From an uncultured Bacteroidota bacterium (GTDB lineage: Bacteria > Bacteroidota > Bacteroidia > AKYH767-A > OLB10): a DNA stretch of 64,000 nucleotides. The first letter of the stretch is position 1. Every line of letters begins with the position of its first letter. The stretch covers positions 85,753-149,752 of the forward strand of contig CAADHD010000025.1 in NCBI GenBank assembly GCA_900696575.1, in the 5' to 3' direction. The notes beneath the pieces were generated by a model that made no database searches, had not been told where the DNA came from, and saw only the letters and a program-made list of their open reading frames with translations. Made by a program: the position numbers and the translations under genes. Below, piece by piece: positions 10,829 to 21,800 of this stretch.

Positions 10829-11474
10829 AATTAATGATGTGGCTTACGGATTCTTCAATAGATTGTTGCTGGGTATTAACTTCAATTTCGGGATTTAAGG
10901 GAGGCTCATAAGGTGAACTAATCCCGGTAAAATCTTTTATTTCTCCGGCTCTTGCTTTTTTATAAAGACCTTTAGTATCGCGCTGCTCGCAGACTTCAAG
11001 AGGGCAGTTGACATATACTTCAATAAAATCCTTGTCTTTCATTATGGAACGTACCATGGTTCTGTCTTCACGGAATGGCGATATAAAAGCAGTAAGCGTT
11101 ACAATTCCGGCATCGTTAAAAAGTTTGGCTACTTCCCCAATTCTGCGGATGTTTTCCTTACGGCCTGCTTCGCTAAAATCAACATTGCTGTTCAGCCCAT
11201 GGCGGATGTTATCGCCATCAAGCAGGTAAGTATGAATTCCCATAGCAGCCAATTTTTCCTCTACGGCTCCGGCAATTGTACTTTTTCCCGAACCGGAAAG
11301 GCCTGTAAACCAAACCACACAACTGCGGTGGCCGTTTAGCTTTTCACGGTCCTTTCGCGTAATTTTATGATGATGATAAACAATGTTCAAACGCTCTCTC
11401 TTTTTCGGTTCGTTACTAACGAGGTGCGAAGGTACATAAATGGAGGTTACCATGTTTGAATTCTGCAATTTCAA
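10806..11474 (-). CDS. cysC: adenylyl-sulfate (APS) kinase
   Basis: P-loop [11 protein letters not shown] and the APS kinase fold. It overlaps the cysD start by 23 nt. Confidence 0.9.
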   Translation of the reverse strand: MKLQNSNMVTSIYVPSHLVSNEPKKRERLNIVYHHHKITRKDREKLNGHRSCVVWFTGLSGSGKSTIAGAVEEKLAAMGIHTYLLDGDNIRHGLNSNVDFSEAGRKENIRRIGEVAKLFNDAGIVTLTAFISPFREDRTMVRSIMKDKDFIEVYVNCPLEVCEQRDTKGLYKKARAGEIKDFTGISSPYEPPLNPEIEVNTQQQSIEESVSHIINYVTLQIR

Positions 11475-11523
11475 TTTTAACTATGGAAAAGAAGCAGTAA
11501 ATCAAATAGAAAATCTATCTTTT

Positions 11524-12012
11524 TTAAATATACTTTTTCTTGACTGCACATCTATCAATCGCCCTTTCATAAACTGCAATAAGGTCGTTATCAAATCCTG
11601 AGAGAATAGCTTTTTTGTAATAAGCTACTGCCTCATCCAGTTTACCCTGTGCCTCATGCAACAGTCCGCTCAGATGATTCACCTTATCCTTTGAAACTCC
11701 GCTTATGGCCGAGGCTTTGTTGATAACGGCATTGAATTCAGCAAAGCGCTCATGCCTGAAAAGCAAATCGGCATAAAACAAATAGGTTTCTGCATAGGAC
11801 GCATCTTTTTCAATGGCGGATGTAAACAACTTTTCGGCTCCGGCATCGTCTTTAAAATAATTTGATTTGATATGCCCCATCCAGGCCAGAGGGATAGCAG
11901 ACGAGTCATCTTCGTGAAAAGATTTTTCAAAATGCTCAAAAGCCTCATCGGGGCGGTTTTCCCTCAATGCTTTTAACCCCTGAAAAATATATGACTCAGC
12001 CTTCAACATCAT
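11524..12012 (-). CDS. TPR-repeat protein
   Basis: Degenerate 34-residue helical repeats recognisable by eye; 162 aa. Confidence 0.5.
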   Translation of the reverse strand: MMLKAESYIFQGLKALRENRPDEAFEHFEKSFHEDDSSAIPLAWMGHIKSNYFKDDAGAEKLFTSAIEKDASYAETYLFYADLLFRHERFAEFNAVINKASAISGVSKDKVNHLSGLLHEAQGKLDEAVAYYKKAILSGFDNDLIAVYERAIDRCAVKKKYI

Positions 12013-12066
12013 GCTAAAAATACATTCATGAGTGCCAAACTAATAAAACTATGGGCGAATCAGCGC

Positions 12067-13647
12067 TTAAGCCTTGCCACCTTCATTATCTAAAGGGTGA
12101 AAATGAGCCTTTACGGATATGAACAGGGACATGAAAAACATAACGAACGTAATTCCTGCCTGGGTTTCGAGGGTATCTTCGGTCAAAAAACTAAGGGCAG
12201 AAATGGATAGAAAAATGCAGAACAGAACAGATGGATTCCTGAATTTTAAAACGGGATAGAAAAATGTCAACAGAAAATACAGTAAACCGCCAATGCCGAA
12301 TGTTAATGCAATAGTGAGGTACTGGTTATGTGCTCTCAGCCGCCAACGTTCATCCAGCGAAGAATCAAGTTCAATATACTTTTCATGAAATGCTTTTTTC
12401 ACATCGCCTGTTCCTGTTCCGATAAGCCAATGGTCTTTAAAAATAGACCATCCGGCTTTCCAAAATTCAAACCGCTGCACCAGCGAACTTCCGGATGGGT
12501 TTTTTCCTGATTGATACAGTTTAATTTCAGCCAAGGTTTTATGAATCCTAATCATCAAACTTCCTTTCTGATTATAGTTCACATTGGCAATTCCGTTTTC
12601 AATGCCGGCAATATCTTTTTCAGCAAGCGCTTTAACGCCTTCTGCATCTTTTCTTAATCCTTTTGAAGCCAGGTATCTTAACAAAGTGTATTTCAGTTCA
12701 TGTCCTTGTTTATCGAGGCCGTTGTAAGGCAGATGACTGCGTTTAGCCCACTCCTCTTTCAATTCTGGTTCGCAGATATAAATGTAAACCGGTGTGCTGT
12801 TTTCCATTTCATCGCAATCAAAACAATGCTGATATTCGTTTCCGTTTTTGGTTTTTTCTTCTTTATTAATGTTTGAATAATCAAATGGATGATAAGACTG
12901 CTGATACCTCTGAAAAAGAAAACAACCGGTATAAACAGTGAAAAATAACAGAAAGGATAATCCGACAATACCGGTTTTATAGTATCTGTACTTAAACAGC
13001 AGCATTGCAGAAAAAATAAACAGGCAGGCTAAAAGAATAATCATGCCGGTCATACTTTCCAGGATAAAAAGGAAAGCAATAAACCAAAGGGCAAGCATTG
13101 CATCGGCAATGACGAAAGCATAGTTCTTTTTTTGATGATGATTTCTGATAAACCAAAGCAGCAGAAAAAAAGAAAACACTACGCAGAGAGAAAGCCTGAT
13201 GTGAGAAATAAAAATCGAAATCTGGCGGATGTCGGTAATCTCCTTTTTATAAGGAATTATTTCAAGCCAAATTCCGGTACTGATAAAGGTTGAAACGGCC
13301 GTAGCCATTACAAAAACTTTAAAAACCGTCAGGTAATATTTTCTGATAAGGGCAGGAAAGGAGGACAAAAGAAAAGGAAGCAGCAGCAATGGCAATTTTA
13401 TTCTGAGATCATTGGCCAGGTAAACGGTATCGCTGCTCCAAAGCGAGCCTAAAAGATGCAGGCCGTAGAATCCGCACCAAAGCAATGAGGCCTTGTTCGA
13501 ATAAAAAAGTTTCAGTTTGGTTCTGTAATCTTTGTCAAGAAGCCAGGCACCAGCCATGATAAACTGCGCAAGGCTCATTCCAAACACCGAAAGCGGAATG
13601 GAAGCAGCCATCAACAGCATTCCGAATAGAAAAAGTTTGCGGGGCAT
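12067..13647 (-). CDS. O-antigen ligase / Wzy_C-family polytopic membrane protein
   Basis: Multiple TM helices, a large periplasmic loop and the motif RAHNQYL that matches the Wzy_C signature. Confidence 0.65.
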   Translation of the reverse strand: MPRKLFLFGMLLMAASIPLSVFGMSLAQFIMAGAWLLDKDYRTKLKLFYSNKASLLWCGFYGLHLLGSLWSSDTVYLANDLRIKLPLLLLPFLLSSFPALIRKYYLTVFKVFVMATAVSTFISTGIWLEIIPYKKEITDIRQISIFISHIRLSLCVVFSFFLLLWFIRNHHQKKNYAFVIADAMLALWFIAFLFILESMTGMIILLACLFIFSAMLLFKYRYYKTGIVGLSFLLFFTVYTGCFLFQRYQQSYHPFDYSNINKEEKTKNGNEYQHCFDCDEMENSTPVYIYICEPELKEEWAKRSHLPYNGLDKQGHELKYTLLRYLASKGLRKDAEGVKALAEKDIAGIENGIANVNYNQKGSLMIRIHKTLAEIKLYQSGKNPSGSSLVQRFEFWKAGWSIFKDHWLIGTGTGDVKKAFHEKYIELDSSLDERWRLRAHNQYLTIALTFGIGGLLYFLLTFFYPVLKFRNPSVLFCIFLSISALSFLTEDTLETQAGITFVMFFMSLFISVKAHFHPLDNEGGKA

Positions 13648-13678
13648 TCAGGTCAGGTATGCAGATTCAGAAACGCCA

Positions 13679-14164
13679 TCAGTGCTTACTTATTATTTCA
13701 TTCAGCAAGCGGTATAGTTCATCCGCTTTTTGTGTTCCGATAAGATAAACCAAACCGTCATCCGTTAAAATTTTAACAGCATCATTTCCGGTTGAATAAA
13801 ATTTAAGAACGCCTTCGCGGTGAAGATTAAAAACCGGATTGTTAATCTGGTATTGACTGTATTTCTGTTTTTCGACCGAGCGGATATTACTGACAGGAAT
13901 TATCACATTGCGCGCTACTCCTACTCCTTTCAGTTGAATCATTTCACCGGTTACCCAGATGCGAATGTGTGTTACAAAAAGAGAAAGAATATGAAACAAT
14001 AATATGGCGCATCCCAGGTAAAAGAAAACATTGCCGTTTAGCTCGCGGTTTTCAGTCCAGTAATAGGCAATAAAACAAAACAGCACGAGCACCAAATTTC
14101 TCGTCATGGTCATACGGTTAAAACCGATGTGCTGCTTTTCTTCAAACAGAATTTTGTCTTTCAT
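13679..14164 (-). CDS. hypothetical membrane protein
   Basis: Two predicted TM helices followed by a soluble domain. It overlaps the tilS stop by 4 nt, suggesting co-transcription. Confidence 0.35.
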   Translation of the reverse strand: MKDKILFEEKQHIGFNRMTMTRNLVLVLFCFIAYYWTENRELNGNVFFYLGCAILLFHILSLFVTHIRIWVTGEMIQLKGVGVARNVIIPVSNIRSVEKQKYSQYQINNPVFNLHREGVLKFYSTGNDAVKILTDDGLVYLIGTQKADELYRLLNEIISKH

Positions 14165-15534
14165 TCCTTTTCAAAAACGATTTCGATGCAAGCGGAAGTA
14201 TCATCTGTGATTCTGAATGCATGTTCCTGTCTTATACCGGTTACCCAAACAATGCGGTCTCCGGAAACCAGCAGCCAGATATTTTCTTTTGCCGCAGCTG
14301 ATAGCTTTAAATCAGTAAACAGATCACTTAGTTTTTTCCGGCCTTTCATTCCCAAAGGATGAAACTCATCTCCTTTTTGCCATTTACGCAAAATGAGCGG
14401 ATACTTCAATTTTGAAGCATCAATCCAGATTACATTCGGATCGGTATATCCGCCTGATATAATTTTTTCTTTCAGGTCGTAAGTCAAATGAATTTTACGG
14501 AATGCCAGCGAACCGGCTTCCCAACTGAACTGATGCCAGTCTTCCTGTATTTCGTACTGATTAGCCGTTTTAGCTTTTGCTGATTTTGCCATAAGGTATT
14601 GTCTGTCGGTTATGAGTTCATAGATTTGAGAAAAAAATTTTTTTCCGGGCGGTGAATGAAGCGAGCGGTAAATATCGAAACAAGTCTGCCTGTTGAATCC
14701 ATAGGGATGCAAAAATTCAAAAGTTAAGGTAAATCCGGCAGGATGGTTAACTAAAAAATCGCGGTCAAAAAATACCATGTTCTTTTCTGTTTTTACATGC
14801 TTTGCCCTAAGCATTTCTACATATTCATTGTAAAGGATGGCAGCGCCCTGCATGTTTTCAATATGCCTTTCTATCACTTGCCGGTACGAGGGGCTAATCA
14901 TGTCAAGCACTGGCATTAAATGATGACGAATGCGGTTTCTTAAATAATGGTCTCCTGCATTGGAAGAATCTTCCCTCCAGTCAATTTTTTTCTCACGGGC
15001 ATAATCTTCAATTTCACTTCGCAAGGCAAACAGCAATGGCCTTACAATGTTACCCTGCTTAACAGCAATGCCTGCTTCACCGGCAATACCCGTTCCCCGG
15101 AGCAAATGAATAAAAAACGTTTCGGCATTGTCATCGGCATGATGGGCTGTAGCGCAGTAATCATAACCATGCCTTTTGCACAACTCCGAAAAGAATAAGT
15201 AACGTAAGTGGCGCGCTGCAGCCTGTATGGATAAATTATGTTTTTTGGCATACTGAGCTGTGTCAAACTTTTTGACATAGGTTTCGGCTTTCAGATACTT
15301 TGCTTCCCTGCGGACAAACTTTTCATCATACATACTTTCCTCTCCTCTTAACTGAAAATTGCAGTGCACTACGGCAAAAGGAAATCCGGCCCGGTGGTAC
15401 AAATGCATCATGACCATGCTGTCCAATCCTCCACTGATGGCTAATAAGGTAGGTTTACGTTTTGCAACCAAATCTCTTCTATTGATAAACTCTTCAAATT
15501 TTGCCTCTAACGGGTGCCTTGATTTGCCTTTCAT
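14161..15534 (-). CDS. tilS: tRNA(Ile)-lysidine synthetase
   Basis: PP-loop SGGLDSMV, with the ATP-pyrophosphatase fold and a TilS C-terminal domain. Confidence 0.85.
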   Translation of the reverse strand: MKGKSRHPLEAKFEEFINRRDLVAKRKPTLLAISGGLDSMVMMHLYHRAGFPFAVVHCNFQLRGEESMYDEKFVRREAKYLKAETYVKKFDTAQYAKKHNLSIQAAARHLRYLFFSELCKRHGYDYCATAHHADDNAETFFIHLLRGTGIAGEAGIAVKQGNIVRPLLFALRSEIEDYAREKKIDWREDSSNAGDHYLRNRIRHHLMPVLDMISPSYRQVIERHIENMQGAAILYNEYVEMLRAKHVKTEKNMVFFDRDFLVNHPAGFTLTFEFLHPYGFNRQTCFDIYRSLHSPPGKKFFSQIYELITDRQYLMAKSAKAKTANQYEIQEDWHQFSWEAGSLAFRKIHLTYDLKEKIISGGYTDPNVIWIDASKLKYPLILRKWQKGDEFHPLGMKGRKKLSDLFTDLKLSAAAKENIWLLVSGDRIVWVTGIRQEHAFRITDDTSACIEIVFEKE

Positions 15535-15800
15535 TTCAGCAACGAAGATAAAATAATTTCAGCCGGCTCAGGCAGGCACCCCTCTTGCGCGCGTTTATAA
15601 CGCGTGCCGTTTTCAATCCAAATAAGCAACCATTTCCGTTAAAAAACATTTTGATAACTATCATTTCTACTTTTCTCACAAAATAATAACTTTCCTATTT
15701 TCGGCATAATTATTTTGGGAAATTTACGCGCCCGTAATCTGAAACCAAACTTCGCCCCAATCGTTTTAATTCTGTCTTCCCGTCAAATTTCCAACCAATA

Positions 15801-18800
15801 ATGGCTACTTCCTTAACTGCCAAACAAAAAGACATGCTCGAACGGTTTAACCATACCGATGTCAGCTTTCCGGATTTAACCCTTGCTGCCCTTTTCAATC
15901 TTCAGGTTATTTCAACTCCCGGAGCGGAAGCAGTACGTTACCACCAACATTCGCTTACTTATTCTCAACTGAATCAGAAAGCAAACCGGTTAGCACATTT
16001 TTTAAGAAGAAAAGGAGCCGGGCGAAATGAGTATATCGGCCTATGTGTTGACCGCTCCCTGGAAATGGCATGGAGCATTTTGGGTATCCTTAAATCAGGT
16101 GCTGCTTATGTTCCGTTTGATGCCTTTTATCCAATGGAAAGAATTAGCTACATGATTCGCCAGTCGGACATCAAAACCGTAATGGTTCAGAAAGAATATA
16201 CCTCGCTCTTCAACAGTTCAGGAATTGAGGTAATCACTTTTGAAGAGCTTGATGATTTGTTGAAAAACGAAAACCCGGAAAATCCGCAGGTAATCAATCA
16301 GCCTGACGATGCCGCTTATGTGCTTTTTACATCCGGCTCTACCGGTAATCCTAAAGGGGTGGAGATGATTCACAGGGCACTGATTAATCTTCTGCATTGG
16401 CAAAACACAAAAACCACCTTAGGTACAAAAGCCGTTACGCTTCAGTTTGCTCCCGTAAGTTTTGATGTTTCATTTCAGGAATTTTTTTCCACGTGGACAA
16501 CAGGCGGCTGTATTGTCATGATAGATGATGATTTCCGTTTGAATGCTGTCAAACTTTTGCATTTCATCGAAGATCAGAAAATTGAAAGATTATTTCTTCC
16601 ATTCATTGCCCTGCAGTATCTGGCTCAGGTAGCTGTTGAAAGTAACATTTTTCCAAAGTGTTTGAAAGATGTCATCACAGCCGGTGAGCAACTGCGCATT
16701 ACGGCTGCCATCCGGAAGTTTTTTACTGAGTTGCCGCATACTAAACTTCACAACCATTATGGCCCTACAGAAACACATGTTATCACTGCTTTCACTTTGC
16801 CTGTTGATGTTTCCCGATGGACAGAATTACCCCCTATAGGCACACCCATTTCAAACACTAAAATTTTTTTACTGAATGATGCCATGCTTCCGGTTGAAAT
16901 TGGTGAAGAAGGCGAACTCTATGCAGCGGGTGAAGCGCTGGCGCGCGGTTATATTCACGCAGAGGAATTGACCAATGAGCGGTTTCTGAAAAATCCGTTT
17001 GGCGAAGGAAGAATTTACAAGACAGGCGACCTGGCCCGTTATCTGCCCGATGGCAACATTGAATACTTAGGCCGTGCCGATGGACAAGTAAAAGTACGCG
17101 GATACCGTATTGAACTGGCTGAAGTTGAATCAGCCGTTGAAAAATGGCAAGACGTAAAACAGGCCGTTGCCATTGTGCGTGAAGATGAGCCGGGCAATAA
17201 AAAATTGGCTGTGTATGTGAGGATGAAAGAAGAAAAAAATTTCAGTCCGGCTAAAATCCGTTCACACCTGAAAGCCATTCTGCCTGATTACATGATATCA
17301 TCATTCATTGTTCAGGTAAATGATTTCCCGAGAACACCCAGCGGAAAAATTGATAAACGTTCGCTGCCGAAACCTGATAATAAACGCCCCGATCTTGGCA
17401 ATGTATTTATGGAGCCGGCAAGTGATCTACAGAAACTGTTAGCCGCACTCTGGTGCGATTTGCTCGGAATTGACCATGCCGGAACGGAAGATAATTTCTT
17501 CGACCTTGGAGGAAATTCTCTGCTTGCACTCCAAATGATTGCCCGATTGAAAACAGAACATGGCTATGATTTGCCGGTCGTAAAACTTTACCGGCATCCT
17601 ACCATCAAAGGCATTGAAAAAGATTTATCCGGAAATGATTCAGAATCCTTTTATGATAAAGCCCATGCACGGCTGAAAAAAGAAAAAGTTCCTGCAGAAA
17701 TTAAATCGGTGGAAGACGGTATTGCCATCATCGGCATGGCCGGCAAATTTCCGGGAGCAAAAAATACGGATGAGCTATGGCAGATTCTTGAACAGGGAAA
17801 AGAAACCACAAAGTTTTTCAGCAAGGAAGAATTAGACAGCACTATTCCTGAGGAAATAAAAAATGATCCCTCCTATGTGGCTGCACGCGGAGTAATTGAT
17901 GATTCCGACAAGTTTGATGCAGCCTTCTTCGGTATGAATCCCAAAGTGGCTGAGCTGATGGATCCGCAGCAACGAGTCATGCTTGAAACAGCCTGGGCTG
18001 CACTGGAAAATTCCGGATATACTGCCGATAAATTTCAAGGGCTTATTGGCGTTTTTGCCGGTATGGGTAATAACACATATTTTACACACAATGTTCTTTC
18101 CGATAAAGAAGCCATTGAACGGGTAGGTTCATTTCTGGTGATGACAGCCAATGAGAAAGATTACATTGCTACGCGCATTGCGCATGAGATGAACCTTAAA
18201 GGTCCTGCCATTAGTATTCATACTGGTTGTTCGACTTCGCTTGTTGCTGTGGCTTCTGCCTTTGAGAGTTTGTTAAACCATAAATGCGATATGGCTTTAG
18301 CAGGCGGAGTGTCCATTACCTCGCCTGTAAACAGCGGGCATTTATATAACGAAGGCGGTATGTTTTCTTCTGATGGCCATACCCGCCCGTTTGATGCCAA
18401 AGCCACCGGCACTGTGTTCAGCGATGGCTGTGGTGTGGTGGTTATGAAACGTTACAGCGATGCCGTACACGATGGCGATACCATTCATGCCGTTATCCGT
18501 GGTGCTGCATTGAATAATGACGGTGCGGAGAAAGCCAGTTTTACTGCACCCAGTGTGGAAGGCCAGGCTATGGTTGTTGCCATGGCGCAGGCTCAGGCAG
18601 GCATTGAACCCGATTCAATTACTTATATTGAAACGCATGGAACTGCAACTCCTCTTGGCGATCCTATCGAAGTGGAAGCGCTCACCCTTGCTTTCAGGGA
18701 TAAAACCGATAAAAAACAATTCTGTGCAATTGGTTCCGTAAAAAGCAATTTCGGGCATCTTACTCCTGCTGCCGGTGTAACCGGTCTGATTAAAACAGTG

Positions 18801-21800
18801 CTGGCCATGAGGAATAAAAAAATTCCGGCCACACTGCACTTCTGTTCTCCTAATCCGGCTATTGATTTTGAAAACAGCCCGTTTTATGTAAATAATAAAC
18901 TGATTGACTGGAAAACCGATGACATTCCGCGAAGGGCTGGAATCAGTTCTTTTGGCGTAGGCGGAACCAATGTGCATGTGATTGTGGAAGAACCCCCCGA
19001 ACAGCGGCCCTCGGGCATTGCAAGTAGCAGGCATCTGATGCTGATTTCGGCCAAAACAGAAAATGCATTGGAAGAATCAACTTCCAATCTTAAAACTTAT
19101 TTATCCGGTAATCCCGGAATCAATCTGGCTGATGCTGCTTATACTCTTCAAACCGGAAGAAAACATTTCCATCACCGTAGGTTTCTAGTATGCAGTAATC
19201 ACCAGTTTGATACTATCACTCCAAAAAATTCAGGTAGCAGAAAATTAGAATCACCGGCCACGGGCGTAGTATTTATGTTTCCCGGTCAGGGCTCGCAGTA
19301 TGCCGGCATGGGACAGAATCTTTACCGCGATGAAATGGTTTTTAAACATGCCGTTGATCAATGTGCCGCTCAGTTCGAAAAGCATCTGAAACGCGACATA
19401 CGCCAAATACTTTTTCCTTCACCTGAAAAAGTATCAGAAGCGGATCAACTCATCAAAGAAACCGTTTATACACAGTCCACACTTTTCACCATAGGGTATG
19501 CATTATCCGAATTATGGATGAGTTGGGGAATGAAACCTTCAGCGCTCATCGGCCACAGTATTGGCGAGTATGCAGCCGCCTGCATTGCCGGAATCATGTC
19601 GCTTGAAGATGCCTGTTTCCTGGTAGCCCATCGCGGAAGCATGATGCAAAGCATGCCACCGGGAAGTATGCTCAGCGTTAGGGCTGCCCATGCTGAAGTG
19701 GAAAAACATCTTAGCCCTAAACTTTCCATTGCCGCCATTAACGGGCCGGAACTCTGTGTGGTGGCAGGTGAATCTTCAGAAGTTGAAAAACTGCAAACCG
19801 AACTGGAGAAAAAAGAAATCGTCTGCAAATTGCTGGCTACCTCTCATGCTTTTCATTCGGTAATGATGGAGCCTGTGGTAATACCCTTTGAAGAAAAAGT
19901 AAGAAGCATAAAATTAAATGAGCCTCAAATTCCGGTTTTTTCAACTGTTACGGCCAACCTGATGAAGCCCGAAGAAGCAACCGATGCCTCATACTGGAGT
20001 AACCAGATACGTAAGCCTGTTCGTTTTGCCGAAGGCATTCAAACCATCTGGAAAGCACATCCGGGTTATGTAATGCTTGAACTTGGCCCGCGTAATACGG
20101 CCACTACCATGGCGCGGCAGCAAAGTGCCGACCCTAAAAAACAAATTGCCATTCCTTCGCTTGGAGATACCAGCCTGAACGATGCCGAATGGGAATCCAT
20201 GTTTTCAGCCATTGGGCAATTGTGGCTTTGCGGATTGGAAATAAACTGGCAGAACTTTTATGCGTTAGAAACCAGAAATCGTGTTCCGCTGCCTACTTAT
20301 CCGTTTGAAAGAAAACGATACTGGAAAGATGTTTTTCCGGAAAAACAACAACCTTCAATGCAACCGGTGCCCGCACCTACCGTTTTAACCACACCTGAAA
20401 TCAATTATCCTGTTCAAAAAATTATTACCTCACAAGAAAATACTGCCATGACAAACAGAAAAGAAAGGCTGATGGCCGAATTAAAAGATATGTTTGAAGA
20501 TGCATCAGGAATTGACATGAAAAATGCAAACCCCGATGTTTCCTTCCTCGAAATAGGTCTTGATTCATTATTTCTGACTCAATCTGCATTAAGTATTTCC
20601 AAACGATATGGAGTTAAAGTTACCTTCCGTCAATTGAATGACGACTTAAGTTCACTTTCTGCTCTTACTTCTTATCTGGATAATAAACTTCCGGCCGAAG
20701 CATCCACACCCCCTTCCTCTTCAGCAACCACACAGCCACCCTCTTCGCTTTTATCCGTTAACGTCCCTCCGTCCTTACCGCCCGGCACCTCCAATCTTAA
20801 CCTGTTCATGATGCAGCAAATGCAGATGATGCAGATGATGATGCAACAGATGATGCAGCAAAACACACCACAGCCGGTTGCCCCTTCAGTGCAGGCTCAC
20901 ATTGAAAAAAGCGTGGAAATAAAATCGCATACCAAAAAAGAAGACATTACGGAAAACGAAAAAGCTGATCTGGCAAAACCTTTTGGCGCTATTGCCCGCA
21001 TTGAAAAATCAGGCCATGCAGAACTGACCGAAACCCAGAAAAAATGGCTGAGCGATTTCTTGGATAAATACATCAGCAAAACCAAAAAATCAAAGACCTA
21101 CTGTCAGGAATACCGATCCTGGCTGGCCGACCCGCGCGTGGTAACCGGTTTTAAACCTGCCTTAAAAGAAATCATTTATCAGGTAGTAGTCAACAAATCA
21201 AAAGGGGTTAAGATGTGGGATCTGGATGGCAATGAATATGTAGATGTTTTAAATGGTTTCGGAAGCAATTTCTTCGGATGGGGCTGCGATGTGCTGTTGA
21301 ATGTTTGGAAAAAGCAATTGGAAGAAGGCGTTGAACTGGGCCCGCAGACTCCGCTGGCTGGCGAATGCGCCAGGCTGATTTGCGAGCTAACCGGCTACGA
21401 CCGCGCTGGTTTCTGCAACACAGGCAGCGAAGCTGTGCTGGGTGCCATGCGCATTGCGCGTACTGTAACCGGTAAGAACCTGATTGTATGTTTTAACGGC
21501 TCTTATCACGGAATCAATGATGAGGTAATTGTAAGGGGAACAAAGTCCCTGAAATCATTTCCTGCTGCTGCCGGTATTCCGAAAGAAAGCGTGCAGAATA
21601 TGCTCGTTCTTGATTACGGAACCAAAGAATCGCTCGACATCATTAAAGAGCGTATTGACGAGATAGCGGCTGTGTTGATAGAACCGATTCAAAGCCGCAG
21701 GGCTTATTTTCATCCTCGTGAATTCATACATGATGTAAGAAAAGTTACCCAGGAGAATGGAGTACTGATGATTTTTGATGAAGTGATAACCGGTTTCCGT

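Noticed and set aside
15801-17400. The possibility that the N-terminal domain is a fatty-acyl-AMP ligase, as in MycA/ItuA loading modules
   Set aside because: The domain has NRPS-type core motifs and retains Asp at the position equivalent to PheA Asp235 (FDVSF), which salt-bridges the substrate alpha-amino group. FAAL-type domains lack this Asp and carry an insertion. Activation of an alpha-amino (or imino) acid is therefore more likely.
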